A stretch of 63,893 nt of DNA, counting the filler, from Octopus bimaculoides (lineage: Eukaryota), in NCBI RefSeq assembly GCF_001194135.2. It is 7 parts of 6 records of this genome, joined end to end, with 100 filler letters (N's around TTAATTAATTAA, not from the genome) between each part and the next. Parts side by side here need not be neighbours in the genome. Positions count along the whole stretch, not along the records: positions 15,898 to 44,772 come from NC_068988.1; 6 more parts are not named here. One strand, 5' to 3'. Below, in pieces: positions 25,200 to 37,963 of this stretch. Position 1 is the first letter of the stretch, and each line of letters starts with the position of its first letter. The notes below the pieces were generated by a model, which ran no database searches, was not told where the DNA came from, and was given only the letters and a program-made list of their open reading frames with translations. Made by a program: the position numbers and the translations under genes.

Positions 25200-25634
25200 T
25201 GTTTCTGTTAAATTATATGAGTGAATGCGTTAAAGGTTTTTTTCTCTCTTTTATCTGATGACTGAGAATAATAATTATTTACGTGTTTATTTCAGACAAG
25301 TTGTTCTAAAGTAATCAGGGACACCAGTTATTCTAGTGTTGTTGTTGATGATTGTTTTACTGGAGATCATCCGTGTATCAACAGTGACAATACAAACGAA
25401 CACAATGCTTGAATGACTAGTACGAAAGTAAAACTGATACGCTAACAATATCGGCAGCACTTAGATGTTCAGCCAAAAAGGACGGGATAAAATATTAATT
25501 AAAAAACGAAGAAATAAAAAGGAAGTTACTGACGGAATCCCACGCGGCGGCACCCGTTGCTTGGTTGTCTCCCTTGGTTGTCAGCCGAGATTCTCGCGTG
25601 ATTTCACCTCTCTTCTCTCACTCGAGCAGGAAAT
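25200..25634. promoter_or_regulatory. Probable bidirectional promoter shared by the DZF gene (-) and LAMTOR3 (+)
   Basis: Divergent ATGs at 25188 and 25635. CpG-retaining core ~25530-25630 with TCTCGCGTGA (25592-25601, 1 mismatch to TCTCGCGAGA), a YY1-like AATATGGC over the LAMTOR3 ATG, and a direct repeat TTGGTTGTC. Confidence 0.65.
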
Positions 25635-25643
25635 ATGGCTGAG
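25635..25643 (+). CDS. LAMTOR3: LAMTOR3 coding exon 1 (MAE)
   Basis: ATG GCT GAG|GTTGGT. In phase with exon 2, and gives a 375-nt spliced CDS (124 aa plus stop). Confidence 0.8.
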
Positions 25644-27129
25644 GTTGGTGTTTATGAAACCATTTCTTCTTACATTCGCCTTTCTTATATGTATAACTCT
25701 ATTTTTTACCTGCACAATGTTCCCTTCGGATTTTTACTGTTGTTGTATTTCTAATGTTTGCTTTATTTATAGATTATTGAATTAAAGTTTTAAGAAATGC
25801 AAGATTGATTTATCCTGGGTTGACTAATTAAGCTCGTCTCCCCTAAAATACTGTCTTATTATTATTATTATTATTATTAATAATAATAATAATAATGGTT
25901 TATTTATTTAGAATTTCTTTTAAATTCCGTTTAGAAACGATAATCCTGTTTCGTTACAAACACTATATATATAAAGAGAGAGAAGGGTGGGGGGGTCAAT
26001 ATATCCAGGTTTCGAAACTAAATATTTGTTTTATTTATATATTTATTCACCGTTCGTAATAAACCCAATATTTGATATTTCCATCCAGATATTTCTTTTA
26101 TAAAATTCACAAATAATAATGTTTTATAAGTTTCATAACTGACCGGAAAACGCACAATTTGCTTAGGTGGGTGTGTATCCACTAATTTCAAATAAACACG
26201 CACCTCCGTCTTCCTTCGTTTGTAGTGATTGGTTTGTTACTTCCAAATAACTTATTCTAATAATGTTCGATATTTCACATGAATTTCTTGAGAATTAGAA
26301 TTTTTAATAAACAGATGTCATTCTGTTTATTGCGTTAGAGTGTTTTTGTAACTTCGTTTTTTGTTTTTAACCCTTTCCTTCCTGCTCTTCAACATCACAT
26401 GATAATCCTAGTTACTACACAACATTCTCATATCATCCAATTAGTCCTCTACATTAAACTGTTTACTTAATATAGTGATATTTTTCACAGGGGCTTTCGC
26501 ATTTTTATGTCAATAGTTACGTTTTACTCCAATTCATCGACCCTTTGGATATGTACTTAGTGAATGTTACCAATTACCGGTTCGTTTACCTTACCATTGT
26601 TTCGCTTTTCTCAAATATTACTACTCTAAACCCAAACCTCGTTCAGCTCTCTTTTTATTTTATTTTTTTGTAAATTGGAGAGAGAGAGAGGTGGAATTCA
26701 CTAATAAAGAAAAAAGAAATTCGATTTAAATTACAACAGCTGGTCCGATAATGGAACAAAGGTGACAGTTTCAGTATTGTGAAAGTCATTTCTTGTAACA
26801 TTAGTGTTCAGTTAGTTGTCAACTCTCTACTAATTATTGTGACGGAGCTAAAATCTGGTTGAAACCAAATTGATACTTTGCTCAGTATAATTTACTAAGC
26901 TTCATTAGTGAAGGCTTAACTATAGTATTATACGCAAAAGAGTGCAGAAAGGGGTGTGTTCTTATCTTGGTACCTTTGTTTGATTTAATAAGATTATATT
27001 TGAGTTGCTCTGCCCCTTACATTTTTATCAACCTTTAGGAAATATATATGTAATGGAGCTCAGTCATCAATGCTTAAATATAACGTAAAAGATAACATAT
27101 AGTCATTTAGGTAACTGGCTTGAAGTTGC

Positions 27130-27420
27130 TAGCTATCCTACTCCATTATGGTCCATCATCGTGTTGTCTCCTCATTAACTTCACCCAGCACTACTACATT
27201 GGTCTCAGTGTCTCTGAGCTGGCTACCGGATCTCTTGTCATCTCCATTTGTGACTCACACCTCTCCATGTTAACTATGTTGGTCTACTGTCAACTCTTGC
27301 ATTAACCACGTTGCTCAATCTTTTCTCTCTGGTATCCCCACTGTCCATATTTTTCCTACTGGTATTCAAGAGAAACGTTAACCTCGTTGATCTTACCAGC
27401 CTTGGATAGCTCGTGAAACT
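27130..27420 (+). mobile_element. Decayed LINE (CR1/L2-like) 3' end
   Basis: Ends VFKRNVNLVDLTSLG* followed by a (GT)n tail; assignment from recalled C-terminal pattern. Confidence 0.45.
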
Positions 27421-28708
27421 CGTGTGTGTGTGTGTATCTGTCTTGATATCATGTAATTGTTGTAAATGAGCATCACTGTCATACAAGTGATGTTGTTTAT
27501 TTCCAGTCTTTCATGAGAAAACACGTTTCGCTACAGGAAACATTACCTTAGTTGGATATAGGTGAGATTCGGAGACAAGAAAGGATTCCAGCCATAAAAA
27601 ATCTGCTTCTAAAAACTGTCTGACCCATACAAGTATAAAAAAAAAAATGAATGTCAAATGATGATAAATAGCATGTTTTTTTTCTGTTGTATTTTTTTTA
27701 ATGTTTGGTTTAAAATCCACTCAGTACCTGTATTGAACTCACAAAATTTGAGACTGGAGAGGAATTAGACAACTTTGGTCTGTTGGATGTAAAAAACTTA
27801 CATGAAAGGCTGAGTACAAGTGAGCTGAGACAGCAGTTAGACATTAATCCTTTTGAGAACATCCCTGGTTTCATGAAAGAAACTGCACTTCAAAGTGTTT
27901 ATATTTAAGTTAAAACTGTTTGCAGATTAATGTAAGAATGAGTTCTGTGCCAAATGCCAGGAAAAATTTATTGATTTTCAAAATTAGTCAAAATATGCAA
28001 GCAATGTATTTCATTAGAATATACTGAGAAAAGGTTTAAAGGCACTGACTGGTGTATGTAAGAGAGAATTATTACAATCATCATCATCATCGTTTAACAT
28101 CCATCTTCCATGCTAGCATGGGTTGTAAACTGAAAACAGATTATGTGTGATCATCATTGTCAACCTTCAGGCTCAAAGGTCCAACTACCTGGTTTCCATG
28201 TTTTGTAAGTCAGTGAGATCACAACATTCCTGCTAAACAGGATGCCAGTTCATTGCTGGGTTACTAATTAACAGCTGAGTGGTCTGGGGCAGCATGAAAT
28301 GAAGAGTCTTGCTCAAGAACACAATGCACCTCCCAGTCCAAGAATCAAACCATGATCTTGCAATCACAAGTGCAACTCCCAAACCATGAGAAGTGCTTGG
28401 TGGAAAAATTATATCTTTGTGAGAGAAACACCAAAGCAGGTATGGGAAGAGATATTGAGAGATCAGGTCTTACAATTAGGGGCTTCACAGACAAAATGGC
28501 AAGGGATCAAAATGAATTGCAGCATATTGCTCTGCAAACATATCCAACCCATACTTGCATGAAAAACAGTTTCCTTTAATTTTGTTTTGTAACCATTAAC
28601 TATTCCTTTAATTTTGTTTTGTAACCATTAAGATCAGGTTTCAAAATCTCTGATCTGAATGATGGAACTAGAAATATACATTTTTAATTTTGTTTCTTTT
28701 CTTTTCAG

Positions 28709-28743
28709 GAACTCAAAAGATATTTGATGCAACTAAAAAATTC
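28709..28743 (+). CDS. LAMTOR3: LAMTOR3 exon 2 (ELKRYLMQLKNS)
   Basis: Polypyrimidine-CAG acceptor and GTAAGT donor; resembles human DLKRFLYKKLPS. Confidence 0.92.
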
Positions 28744-29204
28744 GTAAGTATTTTATTGTTAATTCTTAGAAAATAACTGAAATTTTATTAATATCAAGTG
28801 ATATATGTGTCAAAACTTAAGAAAAAAAATGACATTAAGGACACATTATTCTGTTTTATTAATTTGGGTGGTGAATTAAGGTGCCAAAATGTCCTGAGGA
28901 CAAAATGTCTCCTGTCAAGTCAGCATTAAATATATGGCACTAAATAAGCAGGGTCATAATGGCTGCACCAAAACATCTTGGACTTGGGTAGTAAAGAAGA
29001 GACTAATGAAAGTCAGAGCACATCAGTGTGCAAGTATTGTGTTTGAGATACAGTTTAAAATGTGTAGTTGCTATTTCTGTACTGAATATATGAGCATTAA
29101 TTTTGTGTGGAGACACACTTGGGCTCTGGAGAGAAGGTTTAGATCAATGTTTCTCAAAACAGAGGTGCACATCTCATTGGTGGGAGGCATGGCAATAATC
29201 TAAT

Positions 29205-29395
29205 AAAAGGTGACGAGCTGGCAGAAACGTTAGCATGCCTGCCGAAATGCTTAGCGTTATTTCGTCTGTCTTTACGTTCTGAGTTCAAATTCTGCCGAGG
29301 TCAACTCTGCCTTTCATCCTTTCAGGATCGATAAATTAAGTACCAGTTGTGTACTAGGGTCAATTTGATCGAATGGCCCCCTTCCCAAAAAGTAG
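29205..29395 (+). mobile_element. OK-like SINE. Further copies ~32440-32580 (+, heavily CpG-decayed), ~46590-46760 (-), ~48590-48805 (+)
   Basis: Same consensus as the 12.8-kb copies. Confidence 0.8.
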
Positions 29396-29953
29396 AAAAG
29401 AATAATTTTGTGAGTGTGGATTATTTCAGAATGAGGAATATGCAACAAGTGAATAAAACTACAACAAAGTTTTAATCAATATNNNNNNNNNNNNNNNNNN
29501 NNNNNNNNNNNNNNNNNNNNNNNNNNNNNNNNNNNNNNNNNNNNNNNNNNNNNNNNNNNNNNNNNNNNNNNNNNNNNNNNNNNNNNNNNNNNNNNNNNNN
29601 NNNNNNNNNNNNNNNNNNNNNNNNNNNNNNNNNNNNNNNNNNNNNNNNNNNNNNNNNNNNNNNNNNNNNNNNNNNNNNNNNNNNNNNNNNNNNNNNNNNN
29701 NNNNNNNNNNNNNNNNNNNNNNNNNNNNNNNNNNNNNNNNNNNNNNNNNNNNNNNNNNNNNNNNNNNNNNNNNNNNNNNNNNNNNNNNNNNNNNNNNNNN
29801 NNNNNNNNNNNNNNNNNNNNNNNNNNNNNNNNNNNNNNNNNNNNNNNNNNNNNNNNNNNNNNNNNNNNNNNNNNNNNNNNNNNNNNNNNNNNNNNNNNNN
29901 NNNNNNNNNNNNNNNNNNNNNNNNNNNNNNNNNNNNNNNNNNNNNNNNNNNNN

Positions 29954-30125
29954 ATATATAGTTTTCAATGTGACAACTAATCACTGATCTATAAATTAGA
30001 AAATTATTATTTGTAAATCTTACAACGAGAGCTATTTAGCAACCGTTATGTTGGGAGATAATCTTTACTCCAAAGTACTGTTGCTGAATATCTCTCATGA
30101 GATTTACAAATAGTGATTTTCTAAC
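29954..30125. repeat. Inverted-repeat fragment of the foldback family also at 35.7 kb and 59.7-60.2 kb
   Basis: Arms ~29996-30043 and ~30080-30125. AATCTTTACTCCAAAGTACTGTTGCTGAATATCTC is shared with the other loci. Confidence 0.7.
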
Positions 30126-31929
30126 TTTTTTTCTATTGTTCTCAACTCTGGGCTGCTTTGAAGGAAGGGCTTCCTTTCCCAGATGTTGTTGTTGATGCTT
30201 CTGTAACTTTTTCTTTTTTCTCTGGGTAGTGGTGTTGGCCTTACACAAGTCTGCTTTTATCTCTGGGAAGTGGTGGTCCATATCAGACTGGCCTCTATCC
30301 TTTGACCTGTCCAGCCTGGAAGGCCCTACCAGCAGCTTGTGCTCTGCTGATATAGCTCTCAGGGTCATTGAGGTACAAAAGCCACCACACTGCAACACAA
30401 ACTGGATCTTATGGAGGAATTACATGCAGAAAGAAGAGATTTTCATTGTTGCTTAGCTCAGGTCACCCAGCTTCCAATGAGTAGATCTAACATCAAAGGC
30501 ATTCCAGCCATGACCCCCCCCCCCCGTTTTTTCCCCTTTTGTAACAGGCTTTGTGTATTTAGGACTGCATTATTTAATGTATCTTTCCTTTTGGTCAAAG
30601 ATGTTAAGGTGTAAATTGGAGGAGAATTGGTTGCTACTCTGCATGAGTGGTGTGGGTGCATAGAAACGTCCTTGTTGGTTGGATAGAAAAGAATTATGAA
30701 GTTTGGTGGGAATAAGGTCACATTGTCTGACGGTGACCTGCAGATTTATTGGTTGGGGTTCATACTAAAAAGAATGGCCTTTATCACTTGCGTAACTGCT
30801 TGGAATGCATCAGAGGTGAAGCACATTTGCTTCCAGGTCAAGTCAGAATAGAATTAGGGTAGCTCCAAAAAGTGTCAGTGAGTTTAGAATCAAGGGTCAC
30901 TGTTTATTAAGATAAGGTGAGGAGTCTTAACTTTGATTAAGCTATGACCAAACATTGCAATGGATTTAGAGATGGTGAGGGTAAGAAAAGGACCTTTTGT
31001 AAGTGATATAGAGATTAATGATGTTCAGAGAGTTGGTGTATCAATCAGGAATACAGGTAGGTTAGGATATTAATTGGAGCAGGTTGATCAGAAAGCAAAA
31101 GATCCAACCCCTGTGCCAACAGAATCGATGTGAGAGAAAGCAAAATGATGAAAGTGAAAGAGAAGAGAGAAGCAGAAGGTGGTAGTGGTGGAGGTGGGGT
31201 TAGAGTAAGTGGTAATCTTTATTGCATATGTCCAGATGGATGCAGATACAATTTCTTCATCAATTTACCTTCAACTACATTCTTGTTAGACTTCATTGTC
31301 AAGCTGTATTTATTTTTATGTATTATTTTTGGAGGAAAGGTGTATGTTATATGCCATCAAATATCGTATATCATTTTAATGTTCCTTATCAAAATATTAT
31401 GGAACAAAATACTTTCACTGGCTTAGGTTATTTTTGATGAGTTCCAAAGGGAGACTGAAATACCATGATTTGGGGCAATTAATGGCAGCTTGTTGAATAG
31501 GGACAAGAAAAAATACTGATGTCGACATAGTAAAAGCTCTGGTCTACTGACTGACTGATCTGATGCCCCTGGATGATAGAGAATTAGTAAGACTCTTTTG
31601 GGTGAAACCTGAAAGAATTTTAAATATTTTGCCTCACTTACCCCATTGACAAGGATTTTAAAAAATCCTTTCAAACTTCACCCTTAAAGAGTCTTACCAA
31701 TTTTCTGTCATCCAGGGACATTAGATCAGTCAGTAGACTAGAGCTCTTACAGTTATCAGCATTTTTTCATTTTTTTTTTTGTCCCTGGTCACCAAGCTGT
31801 TTCTATGCCCCATCATGGTAGTTTGCATATTCATGTGAGGTAAAGCTGTAGACATATTATGAAAGGTATGGTGTGAGATTTTGAGGCATATTATCATCTC
31901 TCTCTCTACTCTTGGTCGATGGGGGTCAT

Positions 31930-32100
31930 CCCAAGTTAGCAGTCCCAGAAGCATCATTATGTGTAGATCCAACAAGGTCCTCCAGTATCTCCCCCACCCC
32001 ATTGCTGGTGATCCTGTGCTAGCCCCTCTGCATCTTCCAAGGTGATGTTGTGCCCCTGGAAGTCTTCCTTAATTATGTCTAGCCATCTGGTGCGGGGCCT
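31930..32100 (-). mobile_element. RTE-like LINE C-terminal fragment
   Basis: Minus strand reads RPRTRWLDIIKEDFQGHNITLEDAEGLAQD. Confidence 0.6.
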
Positions 32101-32888
32101 GATTCATCAGATTCATCTCAAAATATTATGAACTTGTAACAGCCTCCCATTTAACTTTTGTTGTTGTTTTTTTCTCCCTTTGAAAGAAGTCAAATAGACT
32201 GAAATTTTTATTCATGCTTTATATTTGTGATTGACAAGTACGAAGCATACAAAATAAAGGACTGTCATCCGAAAATATTTATTTAATGTTAGGAGATTAA
32301 AGGACTAACTTGAAATAAATTATCCAATGTGAAGAAAAAAGAAAATCTATTAGTTAATGACTAATATTTTTATTAGCTTGGCAAAAATGGAAGATGGCAA
32401 GCTGGAAAAAAATCACTACAGTGTTAGAAAAATATTTTAAGTCCAAATCCTGCTGAGGTTAACTTTTGCCTCTCATCATTTGGGGGTTTGATAAAATCTA
32501 GTGCCAGTCAAGTACTGAGATTGATATAATCAACAAAGACATTCCTCTCAAAATTGATGGTCTTATTACCTGAATTAGAAAGAAGTATTTTAGCAAGTAT
32601 GAGAGACAAGTATGTTTCGATATTATTAAGACTTCATCAGCAATGCATACATTTTACCATATTTGTCAAATTACTGATAAAAGAATCACTAAATGTAAAC
32701 TGGTTGGCAGTTTGTTTGTTTTTTTCCACAATTCCTGCATAAAATATATTAACTGGTGTTTTTTCATATGGATGGTATTTCTGAGTTATTTATTCTCTAC
32801 AATTTACATGTCTCTATCAAATTTACTGTATAGATAACATCCTAGCTATATTGCTTACCTTAATAGCATCTGTTTCATTGTGTTTTAG

Positions 32889-32947
32889 TGTTGCTGGTCT
32901 CAATGCTATCATTATCACTGACAGAGATGGTGTCCCTGTTCTAAAAG
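32889..32947 (+). CDS. LAMTOR3: LAMTOR3 exon 3 (VAGLNAIIITDRDGVPVLK)
   Basis: AG/GT bounded; contains the family signature TDRDGVP. Confidence 0.95.
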
Positions 32948-33138
32948 GTATTCTTACTAAGTCTTTTCTCTTACATGTTTAACTATGCTTCTCCAATCTA
33001 TAATCAACAATAAGAGATATATTTAAAAGCCAGCCTTATGCTACTTAAATGCATGTGTCAAAGTAAGTATAAAGCAGTCCATCATTAAATGCATATCAAT
33101 TGTTTGGTTAACATGTTCTACATACTGTATAATTTTAG

Positions 33139-33272
33139 TTGCTGATGATAATGCTCCAGAATTGGTAATGAAACAGAACTTCCTCTCCACATTTGGCTTG
33201 GCCACAGAGCAAGCAGGCAAGTTAGGCTTATCTGAAAATAGATCCGTCATCAGTATGTACACAACGTGTCAA
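33139..33272 (+). CDS. LAMTOR3: LAMTOR3 exon 4 (VADDNAPELVMKQNFLSTFGLATEQAGKLGLSENRSVISMYTTCQ)
   Basis: TTTTAG acceptor and GTAAGT donor; matches FLSTFALATDQGSKLGLSKN. Confidence 0.96.
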
Positions 33273-33880
33273 GTAAGTTGTCTTCCACTCCTGTTTTTAG
33301 TTACGATTCTCATGTTCAACTTCACAAGTTTATTCTTCTCATTTCGCAATAAAAACTCATTAAATTGTCTTCATTTTTTTCCCCCCTCTGGCAAACTTTG
33401 TGTTATGTTTCAAAAGTGAAATTGTCATCATTTCATTCATTTTCATCATTCCATGTTCACTTTGCAATGCTTGCATGGATCAGACAGTTTGTTGAGGCAG
33501 ATTTTCTATGGCCAGATGCCCTTCCTGTTGCCAACACTCACCTGTTTCCAAGTAAGGTAGTATTTCCCCATGGCCAGACCTGCTTTTCATGGAAGACTGG
33601 AAATGAGCAACAGCACTTGTATGACGGTGATAATCATGTATAATCATCACACGATGTCTAGACAAGGCTACGGCACTCACATATACGTATACAACAGGCT
33701 TCTTTCAGTTTCCATCTACCAAATCCACTCACAAGGCTTTGGTCAGCCTGAGACTATAGTAGAAGGCACTTGCCCAAAGTGTCATGCACAGGGTGGGAAC
33801 CTGAGACCACATGGTTAGAAAGCAAGATTCTCAACCATGTTTAAATGTTAGTAGTCTTAATATTTCAATATCTAAATTAA

Positions 33881-34813
33881 CCCTTTCGTTACTTAGCCGG
33901 CCGAAAAATTTTTTGGTTCATAAGACTAACCCAGCTGTAGCCGGCCGAACGTACCCATTGTTATTTAAATGTATATTTGAACCCAAATCTCGTTAGTACA
34001 TTCGTTAAAACACCTGATTTCACTTTGCAAACAGTTGAGTTATTGTCTCCGACTTTGTTTGACGTGATATTTGAACTTAGTGAATTTTGGAAGATTTTTT
34101 TCTACATTTTTTGTGGCGTTAATATTTTTCAACTTTGAAGATGGAGAGGAGTTTCATGCTATCAAGCAGTGATTCCGAATNNNNNNNNNNNNNNNNNNNN
34201 NNNNNNNNNNNNNNNNNNNNNNNNNNNNNNNNNNNNNNNNNNNNNNNNNNNNNNNNNNNNNNNNNNNNNNNNNNNNNNNNNNNNNNNNNNNNNNNNNNNN
34301 NNNNNNNNNNNNNNNNNNNNNNNNNNNNNNNNNNNNNNNNNNNNNNNNNNNNNNNNNNNNNNNNNNNNNNNNNNNNNNNNNNNNNNNNNNNNNNNNNNNN
34401 NNNNNNNNNNNNNNNNNNNNNNNNNNNNNNNNNNNNNNNNNNNNNNNNNNNNNNNNNNNNNNNNNNNNNNNNNNNNNNNNNNNNNNNNNNNNNNNNNNNN
34501 NNNNNNNNNNNNNNNNNNNCGATGAATATATTTCCAGTATTATGAACGAGTACGATTCGTGAAGCTGAACCAATATTTACATGTGAGAGACACTAGCAGT
34601 ACCCGAGTACGTGGAGAACTTTCAGACAAAAATTATGCAATAGAATTGATTAAGAACCCTTTCTTTAATTATGTTCAAAATATCACATTAATATGTTGAT
34701 AAATAAAAAAGTTACAGGTGTTTAATGAGACTAGTCTAAATTCATGATTATTTTAGAATTTAATTGAAACTCATGAGGGGTGTATTTTGGTCAGAAATAT
34801 AGTAACGAAAGGG
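33881..34813 (+). mobile_element. piggyBac-like non-autonomous element in LAMTOR3 intron 4 (contains a gap)
   Basis: Perfect 12-bp TIRs CCCTTTCGTTAC / GTAACGAAAGGG, flanked by TTAA at 33877-33880 and 34814-34817. Confidence 0.85.
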
Positions 34814-34904
34814 TTAAATTTAATTGGAATTAACTTGAGTTTTGACAATCACTAAATTTCTTCTCAGAATGCAAAATTGACAAAGTTATATTTTTATTTT
34901 TCAG

Positions 34905-34968
34905 ATTATCCAAATCAATCACCTTCCTTTTTTGATTACACTTGTTGCTTCTATAAATGCCAACACAG
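34905..34968 (+). CDS. LAMTOR3: LAMTOR3 exon 5 (IIQINHLPFLITLVASINANTG)
   Basis: TTTTTCAG acceptor and GTAGGT donor; matches VVQFNRLPLVVSFIASSSANTG. Confidence 0.95.
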
Positions 34969-35673
34969 GTAGGTACCATCCACAATATATAAGTTTTATT
35001 TCACTGATTAGTTAACAATTTTGGTTACATGGAGTGAATTGCTTGTGTGAGCTCCTAAGCTTTGACTACAAATTTTTTTATACCATTATTCATGTAATTC
35101 AATTATCTTCTCTCCTGCTTAAATTTTAAAAGAAAATACTGTTTAAACTAATCTCTGAAAACCACTAATACATGTAACTTTGTTTATCACTCATTCATTC
35201 ATCACCAATCAAGGATGGGACAACATGATACACTCAGTTGTGAACCATGTTACAGTTTGCTCTTTAACAACACAGGTTGGTGATCACGGATTCTACTTGT
35301 ACCACAAAAATGCATCTCAGCAACCACCTACGGTGCTCAGCTACCCAGAATGCACTGTCCATTGCTTGTGTTTACGTGACTGCTGTGTGACTGCATCTTT
35401 TTTTATACAGATTTACATACTCATACCCATCAACATAGGACGAGTGAACAAAAAAAATACAAAGGCACCTGATCCTAACAAATAATGCAGACAAGTATAT
35501 TCTCTACAGGAAAGGTAGAGATGGTCAAGAAAATACATAATGGTGGAAGCTTCACTGCTGTGGGCCATGGGTTTGGTGTCAATGAATCGTTCGTTCCATT
35601 TATAAAATGCATGGGGATGATTCACTTAACATTTTAACCAAACCTCCCCTTGATAAAACAATCATAGATGTAG

Positions 35674-35789
35674 TAAAGATTATTTGCCAACATAACATGG
35701 CAGTCCTGGTTTAGGATGAATGTTGCTGTAATTACAGCAACATTCGTCCTAAACCAGGACTGCCATGTTATGTTGGCAAATAATCTTTA
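35674..35789. repeat. 116-bp spacerless palindrome (58-bp arms, 1 mismatch) in LAMTOR3 intron 5
   Basis: Centre GCTGTAA|TTACAGC at 35731/35732; arms checked base by base. Confidence 0.92.
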
Positions 35790-35951
35790 TTCCAAAGTAC
35801 TGTTGCTGAATATCTCTCGTGAAAGTTAAAAATAGTAATTTTGTAATGATGGATGTATTAAAGCAACTTTTGATTGAGTGTAGATACTAGAGAGAATGCT
35901 TCTGATGGAAATTCCATAGATAAGATAATTTTTATTTCTACATAAATTACG

Positions 35952-36090
35952 TCATCATCATCATCTTATAATGTCCATTGTCCATGCTGGCATGGGTTGG
36001 ACGGTTTGACCAGGACTGGAAGTTGAGGGGCTACGTCAGCCTCCATTCTGATTTGGCATGGTTTCTATGGCTAGATGCCCTTTCCTTCAT
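35952..36090 (-). mobile_element. RTE-family 3' tail fragment. Others ~28078-28125 (-), ~37240-37650 (+), ~44617-44772 (-), ~58806-59250 (-)
   Basis: Recurrent (CAT)n-TTTAACGTCCGCTTTCCATGCTAGCATGGGTTGGACG motif, the same family as the tail of the 39.7-40.6 kb RTE fragment. Confidence 0.8.
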
Positions 36091-37889
36091 CATTGATGTT
36101 TCTGCCTCTACTTTAACAAACCTGTTTGTAAAGAATATATACTGTATTGTTCTGTAATAGTCAAAATAGGGATGAATGTAAATTTTTGAGGCAGTCGGTT
36201 TAATAATTGTGTTTTTATCTTGTAGTAAACAATGTGTTAGATTAAAATAATCCAACAATAAGTATCTCAATATTTCTTTATTTTCCCCCAATCTAGGTGG
36301 AGCACATACTTACATATACAATGGGCTTCTTTCAGTTTCTGTCTATCAAATCCAATCACAAGGCTTTTGTTAGATGACACATGTCCAAGTTGTGATGCAG
36401 TAGGACTGAACCCAAGACAGTAAAGTTGAGAAGCAAGCTTCTTAACCAGCCATGCCTGTGCCTTTATGTTGTAAAATTATTGGTTCCTGACAAAAGGTTG
36501 TCTTGCTGCTTCTAGATAAATCCTCAGCAACACACACGTCATGTGACCGGTTGCAAGACTCAGTCTATAGACGATCACTAAGGGTGTAATAACCTGTAAA
36601 AGGAATCTGTAACTTGATAGTTTGTGACTAGTTATGAGGGGATTCATTCAAAGAGTTTTGTAGATTGTCATATCTTTTAAGGCTGTAAATAACTTGTGGC
36701 GAGTAAAGGTGTTTCTTCCGACAAAACCAATTCAAGATTTGGTAGTGCTATTTTCATTTTATTCTACTTTTCAAAATAGAATCTAAGTGAATACTGTCAA
36801 AATGAAACTCTGAAAAGCTAAGTTACCATTTTCTTAAATAAAAAATAAATGTTTGCATGGCATAGTCCATTGTTGGATAGGTTCATTTCTTGAATAACTA
36901 TAAATTCCATTCTGCTAATAAGGGATTCACCAGTTTGATCTGAATCATGGCACATCAACAGAAACAAATTTTTGAAAAGGACTGTTGCAGTTCAGACGAA
37001 TGCTGTTGCTTCACTTAGGAGTTTAGCATCAAACATTTTTTTTATTCGCGAATGATCTCACTACAATCTTTTGAGAGAGAGAGAGAGAGACTATTTTTTT
37101 GCAAAATCAAAAATCATTCTACTTTACCTCAGGTAAACTGAAGAATGTAGAATTTAATCGTCACTCTTTTTATAACAACATATAGCAGCATTTGTATCTG
37201 AGGTTAATTTTATGTTACATTTAAGGTTCAGTTCTGATCCGGCACCCGTACCAGTGGAGTGCTAACAGCACCATCCGAGCGGGCTCGCTTCCGTGCCAGT
37301 GGCACGTACAAAGCTCCATTTGAGCGCAATCATTTCCAGCTTCACCTTACTGGCACTCGTGCTGGTGGCATATGAACAAAACATTGGACTGACTCCTGTG
37401 CAGGTGGCACGTAAAAAACACCATTTGAGCGTGGTTGTTGCCAGTACCGCCAAACTGGCCCTCATGCCAGTGGCATGTAAAAAGCACCCACTACACTCTC
37501 GGAGTGGTTGGCGTTAGGAAGAGCATCCAGCTGTAGAAACTCTGCCAGATCAGATTGAAGCCTGATGTAGCCATCTGGTTCACCAGTCCCCAGTCAAATC
37601 GTCCAACCCATGCTAGCATGGAAAGCAGACGTTAAACAAAGATGATGAAGGATTATTGTTAATGTGGATGGCATTAAACTTTCACTGATATTGTTTGATG
37701 TTGTAACCATTGATATTAAATATTTCATTTACTGTATTTACTTGTGTATAAGTCACATCCTAAATTTTTTCAGTTAAAATCAAATATAAAATAGTGTAAC
37801 AAACATACAAGTAAATACAGTATATTTTGTAATATCAAATGTACTGAAGATTTTATAACTTAGTGAATTTTATTTTTTATTTGTTGTAG

Positions 37890-37963
37890 GAATGCTTTTA
37901 AATGTCCCAAACGAAATGCAAGAAATTCTGAAAGATTTAGATGCTGTTTTAACTCTGGTTTGA
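37890..37963 (+). CDS. LAMTOR3: LAMTOR3 exon 6 (GMLLNVPNEMQEILKDLDAVLTLV*)
   Basis: TTGTAG acceptor in the correct phase, TGA at 37961-37963. Spliced protein is 124 aa, like human LAMTOR3. Confidence 0.9.

Noticed and set aside
30700-31120. Possible LINE endonuclease remnant on the minus strand
   Set aside because: Too degraded to show diagnostic motifs.
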